Positions 1-14,920 are shown, counted from the stretch's first letter. The stretch: 64,000 nucleotides of DNA from Mizuhopecten yessoensis (GCF_002113885.1 NW_018407797.1:2775-66774), one strand, 5' to 3'. Numbers and translations: made by a program. The notes: a model not told the origin generated them from the letters alone.

Positions 1-1136
1 TGATGGATATCAACCTTATTTCACTGGAAGCATCTCTAGGTGGTGGAGATTCAAAATTGTACAAACGGTTGGGCTGACCCCCCAGGGGGCTGAGGGGCGG
101 GGCCAAAAGTGGGCAATTTGGTTATATTGTTATAAATTACTTCATCTGCAGAACTATGCCATGGATATTGATCATATTTGGTCGGAAGTATTCATGGGAG
201 GCAGGGATTCAAAATTGTACAAATGGTGGGGCTGACCCCCCGGGCTAAGGGGTGGGGCCAATAAAATGCATTACTTGGAAATGGTTGAGATCCCCACCAT
301 ATAACCATATATACAATTGCTGAGTATAACGAGAAGAATGCACATTTGCTTCCACGATGTCCCTAGGGTCTGGCCCCACCCTTGGAGTCATAGTCCCTGG
401 GCCATAACTTTAAAACGGTTGAGATCCCCACCCCAAAACTATATATACAAATGCTGGGCATAAAGAGACGAATGCAATCATGATATCAGAATAGACCCTG
501 GGGTCTGACCGAACCCCTAGGGACCTAGTTTCTTAGTCACAGCTTGGAAACAGTTGAGAGCCCCACCCTATAACCGTATATATACAATTGCTGAGTATAA
601 AGAGATGATTGCACATATGCTTCCAGGTTGGCCTTGGGGACTGCCCCACCCTTGGAGACTTAACCCCTGGGTCATAACTTTGAAATGGTTAATATCCCCA
701 CCCCAAAACTATATATACAATTGTTGGGCATAAAGAGACGAATGCAGTCATGACATTAGAATTGATCCCAGGGTCTGCCCCACCCTTGCAGACTTGGCCC
801 CTGGGTCATAACTTTGAAACGGTTGAGATCCCCACCCCAAAACTATATATACAAATGCTTGGCAAAAAGAGACAAATGCAGTCACGATATTAGAATCGAT
901 CCTGGGGTCTGGCCACAACTCTAGGGACCTAGTTTCTGAGTCAAAGCTTGGAAACAGTTGAGATCCCCACCCCATAACCATACATAAAATTGCTGGGCAT
1001 GAAAAATCTAATATAGCTATGCTACAAGGATTGGCCTTGGGGTCTGGCATATTCCCATGATCTCATTTGGAGAATAGTTTGCCATGATTGCTTAGGTATC
1101 CAGGTGAGCGATACAGGCCCTATGGGCCTCTTGTTT
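1..1136 (+). mobile_element. Non-autonomous Helentron/DINE-1-like (HINE) element, 3' part, with internal ~135-bp tandem array
   Basis: Ends CAGGTGAGCGATACAGGCCCTATGGGCCTCTTGTT (subTIR, short hairpin, CTTGTT). This is the approximate reverse complement of the terminus at 57701-57737. About six alternating ~135-bp units (GGTTGAGATCCCCACC...) lie at 275-1050. Confidence 0.7.
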
Positions 1137-4100
1137 ACAAGACCTCTGACCCAAGACGGTGGCGGGAACAGTCAAAGCGTCTATACAGATAGTCACGCAG
1201 AAGGTGTATTGGATTACATGTACAGGGTACCAGTACAAGGTTCATTCTAAATAGATATAAAACTGGTTCCTAAGCCTTGAAAGCTACAAGCATGCATTCA
1301 ATTTTTTGAACATCCAAAATTTAGGAAAGTTTTGACACATTTACAAGAGTAATGATTGCATTCTGCCCATACAAGTAAATTATTTATGCAATGAAAACTC
1401 ATAGAACACATCATCACAAGTACAACCATGAAACACTCAGAAGACAACACAATATATATATACTGCACAACCTACAACATAGTTTTCGCACATCAAGATC
1501 TTGCGAAACACAACTCATTACATTCATACATTCTTTAGACCTTGCACAGAACCACAACAACAAACAAACAGACATTATCATAATGGACTTTGACGAAGCC
1601 TTCAACAAAGTCCCACACAAACACTTACGGTACAAACTAAAATATTACGGCATCACCGGAACCCCACTTATATGGATAACAGACTTCCTATCACAACTCA
1701 CCCAAACAGTATTACTTGAGGGTCAAACACTCCGACAAAATCCCAGTAACATCTGGAGTGCCTCAAGGAACCTGTTTGGGACCAGTCCTCTTCCTCATAT
1801 ACATCAACGACTTCCCCAAATACACATCACACAGTACACTAAGACTTTTTGCAGACGACAGCATACTATACAAAACAATCGACAACAAAGACGACAGGAC
1901 AAAACTACAAGCAGATTTAGATGCAGCTAGCAACGAAATTGGAAGAGGACTGGCTCATGAAATTCAACCAAGACAAATGCACCATACTCACTATATCACC
2001 AAAACGCACACAAATTAAACACCAATAAATACACACTCCATGACCACACACTAGAATCTGTAACTTCAAACAAATATCTATATAGGCATCATACTTCAAA
2101 ACAACTTAAAATGGGACAAACACATTAACAACATCATATCAAATGCAAATTAATCATTAGGCTTTCTGAAACGCAGCCTAAAATTAATTTCACCACGCAT
2201 AAAAGAACATGCATACAAGGCCATTTGAAGACCAAAACTTGAATACTGCTCTTTAGTTTGGGACTCTCATTATACAAATCAATTAGAAAAAAGTACAACG
2301 AAGAGCAGCATGATACGTCCTAAACAAATGATACACAACTTGCAATGGCCAACACTACACACACGCAGAACAAGAACACACAGTATATTCTCCTCTACAA
2401 ACAAGTAACCAATACACACTAACAATCTCACCCCAGCAGACACCAGAACACGTCAAGGACACGATCTTAGTTACAGACATATCTACACATCCAAAGACAC
2501 ATACAGACACTCATTCTTTCCAAACACCATAATACAGTAGAACTTCCTACCCAAAATAATAATCCAATCAGAAACACTAGCAGAATTCAGGACATGTACC
2601 ACATACTCTGATATAACATAATCGAACATGTACTACAACATAATTAACTAACACTCACTGCTTTTAACCTGTTTTTATCCTATAGCAAATAATAAAAAAT
2701 ATAATAAAAAAATCACTATACATAACCACGCACTACAGCACAAGACCGAAACTTCCGTAATCGTCGATATCGACGGAGGAAGATATGAAGATAAAGATTA
2801 CAACGGATGATCGCCTGCAATATGGCCGAAATTGACATTTCTTTGCTGCCATGTTATTTTTGTCGATCTAATATTCTCTTCCTATCTCCACTTTCCCCAA
2901 CACATCAACTCCTTTCCGTCATAATTCGCTATGTTATCTGGTTATAGCAAGATCAATACTTACAAACACAAGAGATCCCAGTACGCCCGACTCTGGCTCT
3001 GTTTATCTTGTTACTGCACAACTCTGCACAGCCAACTTAAAGTACGTCTTCCACCCATGGAAATTTTGCGGAAATCCCGGCCGCAGCCAAGGGTCTATTC
3101 TTGTTCCCTTGTATAACTGGGTCCTGGACCTATGGTACTCAACACACAACTACCAAATCGCTGCAAGGTAATGGTGTCAATACATTTAGAATTACGTCAT
3201 GTGAACTTGGAGATTCCAATAACACACCACACGTAGTTCTCGGAATATGTAAAAGGTTGGTTTCACTTTCGTTTTACGTTGTGTTACATGTAATACTTCA
3301 TGATTAGCCACCTTGTTTTCTTACCCTATTATATCCAATCGACACATCTGGAGTTACGTTATAGAAAATTGGAGATTTATATGGAATACCACAGGTTATA
3401 CTGAGAACTTGCGAACAGTTAGTTTCGCTTTAGTTTTTAAAGCGTTGAACGATAATGTATGGTGTTGTCTCGTGTACGATAAAATATCAGAATAAAAGAA
3501 ATGACTGTGTCTTTGAGGGCTGGATCCCAGGGAAATAGCCCATCTTTTAAATAAACAAAAATTGATTAGAATGAAAAAGAATTAAAACGAGGGAAAGAAA
3601 GCGACATGACACATAATGTCTTATTATTTCACAACCCATTAGGTAAGACCCAGAAATCAAAATTGATGGGGAAGATATTCATACAATATGCTTAGACATA
3701 ATATAGATTCATTGTAGGCTAGTAATAATATGAATGCACGTGTAGATTTAAAGCGCATTAATGCAAGTTATTGTAATATGCACCCAATGGGCCATTATGG
3801 CACCCCATGCAGAATGGGAGGTCTAATTGTGTGTGTGTCTTCTGCAGGATGTAGAAGAAACCAAATTTGAACTGCTGCGCCCATTGAACTTTTATTTGTC
3901 ACTTTTCTGCTGTTTTTATTCTATGTGTCGTGGACGTTAAACTCAAACAAACAATCACAAATATGATATCAAGCCTGCTTTTAAGAAAACAACATATATC
4001 AGGGAATGGTTTCAGCTGTATGAGATTGTAATTATGGTCTGCGAAACAATACATTTAGATGGATCTCTGTTATACACACAAACAGTAAGGTCTAAGATAT

Positions 4101-4295
4101 GATAGCATGACTAAATTTTTACATGTCATGGAATAGAGATATCTGTCCGTGTATTTATTGATCGTCAGGAACTTGATATACATAGGATAATAGCAGAATA
4201 TTTTCTATAATAAAATAAAACACTGGAGGTGACCAGTGCTTTATATTATAAGTACTCATAAAAAATGAGATCCAACCAACCGCGCTTGAAAAATC
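1134..4295 (+). repeat. Segmental duplication, copy 1 (homologous to 7238-10066)
   Basis: Near-identical sequence from GACCTCTGACCCAAGA to CCGCGCTTGAAAAATC, with reciprocal indels. Confidence 0.95.
1391..2800 (+). mobile_element. 5'-truncated, frameshifted non-LTR retrotransposon (CR1/L2/RTE-X-like RT remnant)
   Basis: RT motifs across frames: QHSFRTSRSCETQL, MDFDEAFNKVPH, SGVPQGTCLGPVLFLIYIND, RLFADD. A GAAGAT-like tail lies near 2780-2800. Confidence 0.9.
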
Positions 4296-5439
4296 CGTGC
4301 AGAATTATTCCATTATTTAGTTGTAAGGTTTATTGTATTCCTCCCCGCAAAACTTCTTTTTGTTTACATTTGTAACAGGCGATCGTTGGTTTAGAAGTCA
4401 TTTGGAAAACATGGTGTTTAGTTGACTTTTTTAAATGGAGAAATATATAAGGTAGTAGTATATAGATGATAAATAGTCTATCATACACTATTGTTTTCAC
4501 GACAAACCCTGAAAATACAGTGTGATAATCTATAAATATAAGAACCTCAAATTATTAATATTTATTATTATTATGTTGGTGTTATATTCTTGACATCTTC
4601 AATGTGACACTTTGGTCATCAGGAACATTTTCAAAATAAAATAATATTCCATATAAAGGCAATTAAAACCAAAGAGAAAATATTTATTGCTGTCAAACAT
4701 CTTCAATTATGGCTTCATTAATATTGAAATTTTATAATCCAGTCATCTCTTTTTGGAACAGATTTCTATATCAAAAATCTTGTTTTTTTATACAGATGTG
4801 TAATATTCATTCCAGATCTGGGAGAGTTTATAAGGCGTACGTTGATGGTCTAATTTCTATGTAAAACATTGTATTATTTAAGTTGATGCCTTATCTCTTT
4901 TGCAGTCAATCAAACAAAAGATAGCTTGTCGGACAGATTGGCACCAGACACCCTCCACTGTCACCATCTCCGTGTTCACCAAAGTGGCCGTTCCTGATAA
5001 ATGTCTCATTGAAGCCAATCAAGTCTCCTGCAATATCTTCATTACATATGAAGGAGGAAAAAAAATATATATGAAAGACATATAGAATTGCGAGAGGTAA
5101 ATATATTTTATAAAAACTACCAAAAGTTGGTTTGCATTGAGGTCTAGAATTATGTGAGCTGTTTGAACCTTAACATTTGGAGAGCATAAAAGGCACTTGT
5201 ACAGTTGGGGAACTTTTTATTTATCTGTATTTGAGCTTATCTGAGCCCCTTGACAGGTGCGCAGTGATCCTGAATTAATACAAGTACAGTTGTATATTGG
5301 CGAGTTTGATTGTAGACACAGAGAATTGGTGAGTTTGAGTGTAGAAAAAGTCAGTTGGTGAGTTTGCGTGTATACACAGGGATTAATCAGATTTAGTAGC
5401 AATTGTATTGTGATGAGATGGTAAGTTTGAAAACAGAGA

Positions 5440-6757
5440 CACAAGAATGAGATTTAGAGATGTTTAACAACTATGTGAGATNGGATGGTGAGTTATAAAA
5501 AAACAAACTTGGGAATGAGACTTAGAGGTATTGATAGAGCTATGTTAGATGGTGAGTTATAATAAACAAACTTGGGAATGAGATTTAGAGGTATTGATAC
5601 AGCTATGTGAGTTGGTGAGTTATAATAGACAAACATAGGAATGAGATTTAGAGATATTGATACAGCTTTGTGGGATGGTGAGTTATAAAGAAACAAACTT
5701 GGGAATGAGATTAAGAGGTATTGATACAGCTATGTGAGATGGTGAGTTATAATAAACAAACTTGGGAATGAGATTAAGAGATATTGATACAGCTATGTGA
5801 GATGGTGAGTTACAATAAACANNNNNNNNNNNNNNNNNNNNNNNNNNNNNNNNNNNNNNNNNNNNNNNNNNNNNNNNNNNNNNNNNNNNNNNNNNNNNNN
5901 NNNNNNNNNNNNNNNNNNNNNNNNNNNNNNNNNNNNNNNNNNNNNNNNNNNNNNNNNNNNNNNNNNNNNNNNNNNNNNNNNNNNNNNNNNNNNNNNNNNN
6001 NNNNNNNNNNNNNNNNNNNNNNNNNNNNNNNNNNNNNNNNNNNNNNNNNNNNNNNNNNNNNNNNNNNNNNNNNNNNNNNNNNNNNNNNNNNNNNNNNNNN
6101 NNNNNNNNNNNNNNNNNNNNNNNNNNNNNNNNNNNNNNNNNNNNNNNNNNNNNNNNNNNNNNNNNNNNNNNNNNNNNNNNNNNNNNNNNNNNNNNNNNNN
6201 NNNNNNNNNNNNNNNNNNNNNNNNNNNNNNNNNNNNNNNNNNNNNNNNNNNNNNNNNNNNNNNNNNNNNNNNNNNNNNNNNNNNNNNNNNNNNNNNNNNN
6301 NNNNNNNNNNNNNNNNNNNNNNNNNNNNNNNNNNNNNNNNNNNNNNNNNNNNNNNNNNNNNNNNNNNNNNNNNNNNNNNNNNNNNNNNNNNNNNNNNNNN
6401 NNNNNNNNNNNNNNNNNNNNNNNNNNNNNNNNNNNNNNNNNNNNNNNNNNNNNNNNNNNNNNNNNNNNNNNNNNNNNNNNNNNNNNNNNNNNNNNNNNNN
6501 NNNNNNNNNNNNNNNNNNNNNNNNNNNNNNNNNNNNNNNNNNNNNNNNNNNNNNNNNNNNNNNNNNNNNNNNNNNNNNNNNNNNNNNNNNNNNNNNNNNN
6601 NNNNNNNNNNNNNNNNNNNNNNNNNNNNNNNNNNNNNNNNNNNTTGGTGAGTTATAATAGACAAACATAGGAATGACATTAAGAGGTATTGATACAGCTA
6701 TGTGATATGGTGAGTTATAATAAACAAACTTGGGAATGAGATTTAGAGATATTGATN
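5440..6757. repeat. ~63-bp minisatellite spanning an assembly gap (N 5822-6643)
   Basis: GGTGAGTTATAATAAACAAACTTGGGAATGAGATTTAGAG... recurs at 5551, 5614, 5677 and 5741, and again after the gap. Confidence 0.9.
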
Positions 6758-7237
6758 AACTTTACTCTTGTATATATTTCCATTCTGCATTTACAATGCA
6801 CTATCACCCATCATCGATTGCCCTATTCCATCAAAACTAACGATAGGAAGAACTGACGACAGCTGCAATTTAATGAACCAAAAGCGACAATTATTGACGA
6901 AGAAGTGGAATACTGGACAGTATACGTGATAAAAATCGTTTATATAAATAGACACACTGCATGTACCGATAGGTAAGCTTTTGAAAAATAAGAAAAAGAG
7001 GTGAGTCTGATTATATGAAATATATATATTGATGTATCCCGTCGAGCCATACATAGTTCAGGCCAAGGGGCCACGCTTGTAGATATAGAATGTCGTCTTT
7101 AGACGAAATAATAGGTAGGTTAGTTGTTTGCATCTGTTCCCCATATTGTTAAACATTGTCCTTGGCAAATACGTCCTTTAACTGTCAAGATTCAACAGAA
7201 CGCTCAATTGCCACAATTGAGAGCACCGCCATATTAT

Positions 7238-10066
7238 TTACAAAGGTTTAACCACTTGACCTCTGACCCAAGATGGCGGTGGGAACCGTCAAAGCGTTCC
7301 AGATACAGATAGTTACGCGGAAGGTGTATTGGTTTACATGTACAGGGCACCAGTACAAGGTTCATTCTAAATAGATATAAAACTGGTTCCTAAGCCTTGA
7401 AAGCTACAAGCATGCATTCCTTGTTTTGAACATCAAAAAACTAGGAAAGTTTTGACACATTTACAAGAGTAATGATTGCATTCTGCCCATACAAGTAAAT
7501 TATTTATGCAATGAAAACTCATAGAACACATCATCACAGGTGCAACCATGAAACACTCGGAAGACAACACAATATATATATATATATACTGCACAACCAA
7601 CAACATGGTTTTCGCACATCAAGATCTTGCGAAACACGACTCATTACATTCATACATTCTTTAGACCTTGCACAGAACCACAACAACAAACAAACAGACA
7701 TCATAATAATGGACTTTGCCGAAGCCTTCAACAAAGTCCCACACAAACACTTACGGTACAAACTAAAATAGTACAAACCAAAATATTACGGCATCACCGG
7801 AACCCCACTTATATGGATAACAGACTTCCTATCACAACGCACTCAAACAGTATTACTTGAGGGTCAAACACTCTGACAAAATCCCAGTAACATCTGGAGT
7901 GCTTTCTAAAACGCAGCCAAAAAATAATTTCACCACGCACACAAGAACATGCATACAAGGCCAGTTGAAGACCAAAACTTGAATACTGCTCTTTAGTTTG
8001 GGACCCTCATTATACAAATCAATTAGAAAAAAGTACAACGAAGAGCAGCACGATACGTCCTAAACAAATACCATAACACAAGCTGTCACAGATATGATAC
8101 ACAACTTGCAATGGCCAACACTACACACACGCAGAACAAGAACACACATTATTCTTCTCTACAAACAAGTAACCAATACACACTAACAATCTCACCCCGG
8201 CAGACACCAGAACACATCAAGGACACGACCTTAGTTACAGACATATCTACACATCCAAAGACACATACAGACACTCATTCTTTCCAAACACCATAATACA
8301 GTAGAACCTCCTACCCAAAATAATAATCCAATCAGAAACACTAGCAGAATTCAGGACATGTACCACATACTCTGATATAACATAATCGAACATATACTAC
8401 AACATAATTAACTAACACTCACTGCTTTTAACATGTTTTTATCCTATAGCAAATAATAAAAAATATAATAAAAAAAATCACTATACATAACCACGCACTA
8501 CAGCACAAGACCGAAACTTCCGTAATCGTCGATATCGACGGAGGAAGATATGAAGATAAAGATTACAACGGATGATCGCCTGCAATATGGCCGAAATTGA
8601 CATTTCTTTGCTGCCATGTTATTTTTGTCGATCTAATATTCTCTTCCTATCTCCACTTTCCCCAACACATTAACTCCTTTCCGTCATAATTCGCTATGTT
8701 ATCTGGTTATAGCAAGATCAATACTTACAAACACAAGAGATCCCAGTTCGCCCGACCCTGGCTCTGTTTATCTTGTTACTGCACAACTCTGCACAGCCAA
8801 CTTAAAGTACGTCTTCCACCCATGGAAATTTTGCGGAAATCCCGGCCGCAGCCAAGGGTCTATTCTTGTTCCCTTGTATAACTGGGTCCTGGACCTGTGG
8901 TACTTAACACACAACTTCCAAATCATTTAGAATTACGTCATGTGAACTTGGAGATTCCAATAACACACCACACGTAGTTCTCGGAATATGTGAAAGGTTA
9001 GTTTCACTTTCGTTTTACGTTGTGTTACATGTAATACTTCATGATTAGCCACCTTGTTTACTTACCCTATATATCCAATCGACACATCTGGAGTTACGTC
9101 ATAGAAAATTGGAGATTTCCATGGAATACCACAGGTTATACTGGGAACTTGCGAACAGTTAGTTTCGCTTTAGCTTTTAAAGCGTTGAACGATAATGTAT
9201 GGTGTTGTCTCGTGTACGATAAAATATCAGAATAAAAGAAATTACTGTGTCTTTGAGGGCTGGATCCCATGGAAATAGCCCATCTTTTAAATAAACAAAA
9301 ATTGATTAGAATGAAAAAGAATTAAAACGAGAGAAAGAAAGCGACATGACACATAATGTCTTATTATTTCACAACCCATTAGGCCTAGGTAAGACCCAGA
9401 AATCAAAATTGACGGGGAAGATATTTATACAATATGCTTAGACATAATATAGATTCATTGTAGGCTAGTAATAATATGAATGCACGTGTAGAGTTAAAGC
9501 GCATTTATACATCCCTGCGAGTTTGGGGCAAATGCACGTTATTGTAATAGGCACCCAATGGGCCATTATGGCACCCCATGCAGAATGGGAGGTCTAATTG
9601 TGTGTGTGTCTTCTGCAGGATGTAGAAGAAACCAAATTTGAACTGCTGCACCCATTGAACTTTTATTTGTCACTTTTCTGCTGTTTTTATTCTATGTGTC
9701 GTGGACGTTAAACTCAAACAAACAATCACAAATATGATATCAAGCCTGCTTTTAAGAAAACAACATATATCAGGGAATGGTTTCAGCTATATGAGATTAT
9801 AATTATGGTCTGCGAAACAATACATTTAGACGGATCACTGTTATACACACAAACAGTAAGGTCTAAGATATGATAGCATGACTAAATTGTTACATGTCAT
9901 GGAATAGTGTTATCTATCCGTGTATTTATTGATCGTCAGGAACTTGATATACATAGGATAATAGCAGCATATTTTCTATAATAAAATAAAACACTGGAGG
10001 TGACCAGTGCTTTATACTATAAGTACTCATACAAAATGAGATCCTACCAACCGCGCTTGAAAAATC
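7238..10066 (+). repeat. Segmental duplication, copy 2 (includes the LINE remnant ~7511-8565 with an ~400-bp internal deletion)
   Basis: Matches 1134-4295. The junction at ~7901 (GGAGT/GCTTTCT) skips copy-1 positions ~1761-2160. Confidence 0.95.
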
Positions 10067-11180
10067 GAAAATCTCTTATAAATACGCAGCAGAAGATTGA
10101 AAAAGCTATCAATAAAATTCCATTTTACATCTCCAATGAAATTATGAATGCAATACAAAAAAAAAACATTGAATTTATACAAACTATTTAAATAACATGT
10201 TTTTGTTGTAATTTTTGTAGAAGAGAAAGAAACCATAATACCGTTTTTGGTTGGGAGGGGGAGTGATAACAAATAATAATTATTCTTAAGTTTTCAAATA
10301 TATATCTTAACATGAAAATAAAGATCTAATCTAATATGCTAAAATTTCAGATAATTACTATGCGCAACTCCAGATGCTTGAAGAAATAAATAAATTTGAA
10401 TGAATGAAATACTTCCACCGAGACAGGATATGAGTCAAATACCTTCATTAACAAAGCAATAATTGTAATAAGAATGTTCTTCTTACATTTCTACTTCACC
10501 CGTTGGAATGTGTTGTCCGGTAACGTGTGTTGATGTATAATAATTTGTATTTATGTGGGTATATTTTTATGCATAACAATATGTAAATGAAATGTGTGTA
10601 TGTAAGTACGACGGTACACTTTGTATACCTTTTAAACAATACAAACACGTGCCTGCCCTTTTATTTAACAAACTACTGGCCCCTGGACCCTCGCCTTTAT
10701 TCGGAAACTACGCCCCTAGCTGGTGTTTACCAGTAGGTACATATATAGTTATGCAGTGTGTAGGCGTACATTGTATAACCACGTGTGTAAACCTATTATT
10801 ATGTAAAATGGGTTATTATAAAGGTACATTTTCGCAGATGATGTGTATTGCGGCGTTGTATCGTAATGTACATGTGTATGAAAAATGAAAACAATCATAG
10901 ATAAATGAATAGTAAATAAAAAATGGATGAACCAATAAATCAATCAATCAACATATATCTACATTTTTTCTATCAAATTAAATCAGATGAAGTGACATTA
11001 GATCGACCCCCTGTTATATACTTGGTGTGGGAATTATATGGCCCGAGTCATTATTAAAGTTCATTATTTAGTTCATATAAAACGTGACAAGACTAAAGAG
11101 GCTATGTTCTGAATTAGAAGCATTAGACGAATACAAAGTAATCATTGTCTAAGCTATCGACTCCATAATACTGCATATAA

Positions 11181-11263
11181 CTCATTCACCCCTGAAATTT
11201 CATAATGAACTATTCCAACCTTTGAACTGGAAGAGTTCAAATGTGTCTTCAGGTGTAAATGAG
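11181..11263. mobile_element. ~83-bp MITE in a TTAA-like context, copy 1
   Basis: TIR CTCATTCACCCCTGAA...TTCAGGTGTAAATGAG, flanked by ATAA/TTAA. A second copy lies at 21707-21789. Confidence 0.7.
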
Positions 11264-11666
11264 TTAATGCCTATAAAGTAGCGATCCAGCTGATAGATGT
11301 ATATTTTGGATCCTTACAATCGTATGTTTGTAGTACATGAATTACCTAAACTTAGTGCATAGGGTTAGGCAGTACTTCCAACAGTGTAGACAATGTAAAG
11401 TTGTTAATTGTTTTGGAGCTTTCCGCTCTTCTATCGAGACACAGAAAAACACAGGACACTTACAGTTCATTAGAATAAGATATAAATATAACCGGATATA
11501 ATATAACTAACATTTAGGAGCAATACATCATCGATATCCAGGGATGACGCTCACTTTCGATCTCTACACCGCTGGAATAAAGGCTCGGTGTGTTATCATA
11601 TTCATATATACATGGCGGATAACAAAGGCATAAAGGCTAAAAACCAATTACGTACATTCAATAGCT

Positions 11667-13914
11667 TTTGTCAGTGAATAGCATTTTACGCGTCACTTAA
11701 GGAATACAATTTATTTTTTCAACATTCATGAGGTCATAACAACATTGACTTTCTGGACATATTTACCAAGAATCGCGTTCATTTCTTATATACAATTTGT
11801 TTTAATGAAATTTAATGAAATTATAAAATAAGTTTTTCTAGAAATTTGCCAATATCTAATAAAACTTTTACATTGCATATAGTAAATAGTCCACGCATTT
11901 TAATAAGGCTACGGTAAGTATAGTAGTAATTTGGAATAAATAGTTCTTATTTGAATAGATAATGATATTCATCACCAATTTCATTAAAACAAATTTGAAG
12001 GCACGAAGATAGCTGTTTGGTTGGTTTCATGTAAAACTGACCAATCGCTAGGCTGGCACCCGCCTTTGAAGATTACAAAGGAGAGACGCCCAACTTCAAA
12101 TTAAAGCCTGTCGATATCGATGTTAACCGTTACGTGACCGTGAAATTCTTTTGATGTATATCAAAGGATCGAGCTAGTCGTCTTGTCTCATCAACAAGGT
12201 GGCGCACACCGAGCCTTCAATTTTGACATATTCCAGGGGTGCAGAGAGCGAAAGTGAGCGTAACCACTGGATATCGAGGAAGATTCCAGGGGTGCAGAGA
12301 GCGAAAGTGAGTGAGGATAGGAGCAATAATGCCCTCGCAATTGACTATTGTAAGCCGAAGGTAGAAGTGTATATACACATTTCATTCAAAAAAATATACA
12401 ACCATATGCATTTAAAGTAATACTGGTATTTAATGTACAGCTAATTAAACAAATAACATGTTACCATTCAATTTTCTGTACATCCGGAAGTATATAATAG
12501 ATTAAGAAGAAAAATTGACGTTGCTACTGACTGTTAAAAATATATACATCATATGTAACTCGGGTATTTACTTAACATCCAAAAGTAGACGTGAAACCTT
12601 TCTAGTTATTGATGTATGTCCAGAAATAAACATTATACGTACCTTAATGGATTGTCGACGTCTTGTCGTTTCAAAACAAATCACCATAAAATTCATTATT
12701 TTGCAGAACAAGTTGTGGTTCTGTGATCTTTACCCACCGGAATATATTGATGTCAAAGCAAAGATTATAATTAGTTCCACCGTAGGGTATTAGATTTGTA
12801 GGCCAGTTTTGATTAAAAGAATCGGAAATGACTAACACTAATTGACTTGCTGTGTTTGAACTCATACGGACAGGATATTGTCACATCTTAGTGTTCCTAC
12901 TAATCTATAATCTATACAATCTATTAAAAGATATTCACCTGCTGGAATTGATTTGTGCTAATTTACTCAATGCGAAAAAAACAAATCCACTTTTACAATA
13001 TACGCATAACCGATGGTCCCTTGTTATGGCATTGCAGATAAAATCAATGCAAACACAAAAAGTACTTTCTACACCATAACAATTTTGTAAAATTATAATT
13101 AAATAACAAGAATAACGTTTTGATGAAAATGAGAATAAATAGCAGTGATGTAGCTTGAAAGTATGTGGGGGAGCGGGTAGCGTTGTCATGGGAGAATGTG
13201 TGTGCTTTGGAGTGAGCTTAGGTCCACAAATAAAATTATTATAGTCGCAATGTTTTACGACGCCAAAGTTATGTATGCTTTCATTGTGACGTCATTATTC
13301 ATATTTTTGTTTTGTTATAGTTCGAAACATAAATGTATATTTACATTCTGTATGCTTAGACCCATTGGCGAAAATGACATTCATTTTTGCATAACACAGG
13401 TAACCTCATCACTGCGTATTGATGCACTTTAATGACGTAGACAGGGCGTAATTGGTACACGTCCGCCGTGAAACAACTCTCGATGTAGTTTAGTTATGCT
13501 AATATGATTAACATTAATCATGATAGGCTTCATTTTAAAGGCCATATGGTGTGTAAGGTACATGATAATAATATCCAACTTGCGTAAATTCTACAAATTA
13601 AAGTGAAACTATATTCTGTTTGTTGTTGTCATGCTGTTGCTAGGACCCCTAGCGAGGTTTTACATTTCCCCGAAAAATCACGATGATGTTCTCTCTACTG
13701 CGCTGCCCCCATGCATAAATAGAAAAAAAATGACGGTATTATCTTTATTTATGCTTGCATCGGACAATTAAAAGCACTTAAAAATGTGTATATAAGAAAT
13801 GAACGCGATTCTTGGTAAATATGTCCAGAAAGTCAATGTTGTTATGACCTCATGAATGTTGAAAAAATAAATTGTATTCCTTAAGTGACGCGTAAAATGC
13901 TATTCACTGACAAA
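11667..13914. mobile_element. Non-autonomous DNA transposon with perfect 128-bp terminal inverted repeats
   Basis: 11667-11794 is the reverse complement of 13787-13914. I found no transposase ORF inside and no clear TSD. Confidence 0.8.
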
Positions 13915-14920
13915 TTTGTACAGTTATGGTATATATACGTTCAACGCGTCATGGTTAGTTTACGTATTTGTGTCTAGTATGTAACTCTTCTAAGTCAATT
14001 CAATAAGTTTCCAACACACTCCGTTAACATCTTCTCTTTAAAAAGATAATTCACTAATTTGAGTTATATAACTATGATAACCTAAATATACAGCATCCTT
14101 AAACACAATCTCCCGAATACAAATAGAAAGTAATAGTGTTCATAGATTATATGCACATAAATAGCGGGAACATATCTATCTCCAATATTGAACTTTTCCT
14201 TTCTTGATTGTAGCATCCCTACCTCCCCTTCCGTGATAGATATCGACTGCTGAAGGACAAACAGGTTGACGAAGACTGTTGTATGGTCGCGATGATGATA
14301 TGTTATTTCTTTGTGTGATACCGAGGTCGATGAGTTTGATTATGCTCGTAAGAGTGCCTTGTGATGTGTTGCCATTACCAGAGTTCTCGATGTGAGGATG
14401 TGACACTTACCTTTCCGGAACACACTGTCTTATTCTCCTGTACTTTTCAAGGCTCTCCGTGTAAATCTTTCTTTGATCATATTTTGCCCTAGTTTTATCA
14501 GATTGGAGTCAGAATGATGGTTCTGTCGAAACTTCGGTATTTTTTTTGTATTTTTTTCTTAAAGAAGTTTCCTTTTCATTTTGAGAAACTGGTTTAAGCA
14601 ATTTTCATTCGAAGAAGCCTCTGGTGAATTTTATTTAATAACTCATTAGCCGTGTATATAACCACCTTCAGCAAAACTATAGTAGTAGTAGTAGTTGTAG
14701 TACAGCGGATATATATGCGTGGGTGCTTTGCCAGCCATGTTGCTGACATCATGATCTCGTTGGGAAATATTCTATTTCCTTGAATGATCTATGGTGGACT
14801 ATATTTTTAATAAAGCTTATTACTGTAGCTTGTTTTCCGTTGTCATTACCCCGGTTCCTACCAGGAGGGCGTGGAATTACTTTCAATTGACCTAATCTTT
14901 CCATGTTAAGTGTCGTCGAT

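Noticed and set aside
5784-6679. Long ORFs of 288-291 aa
   Set aside because: Artefacts of the N gap.
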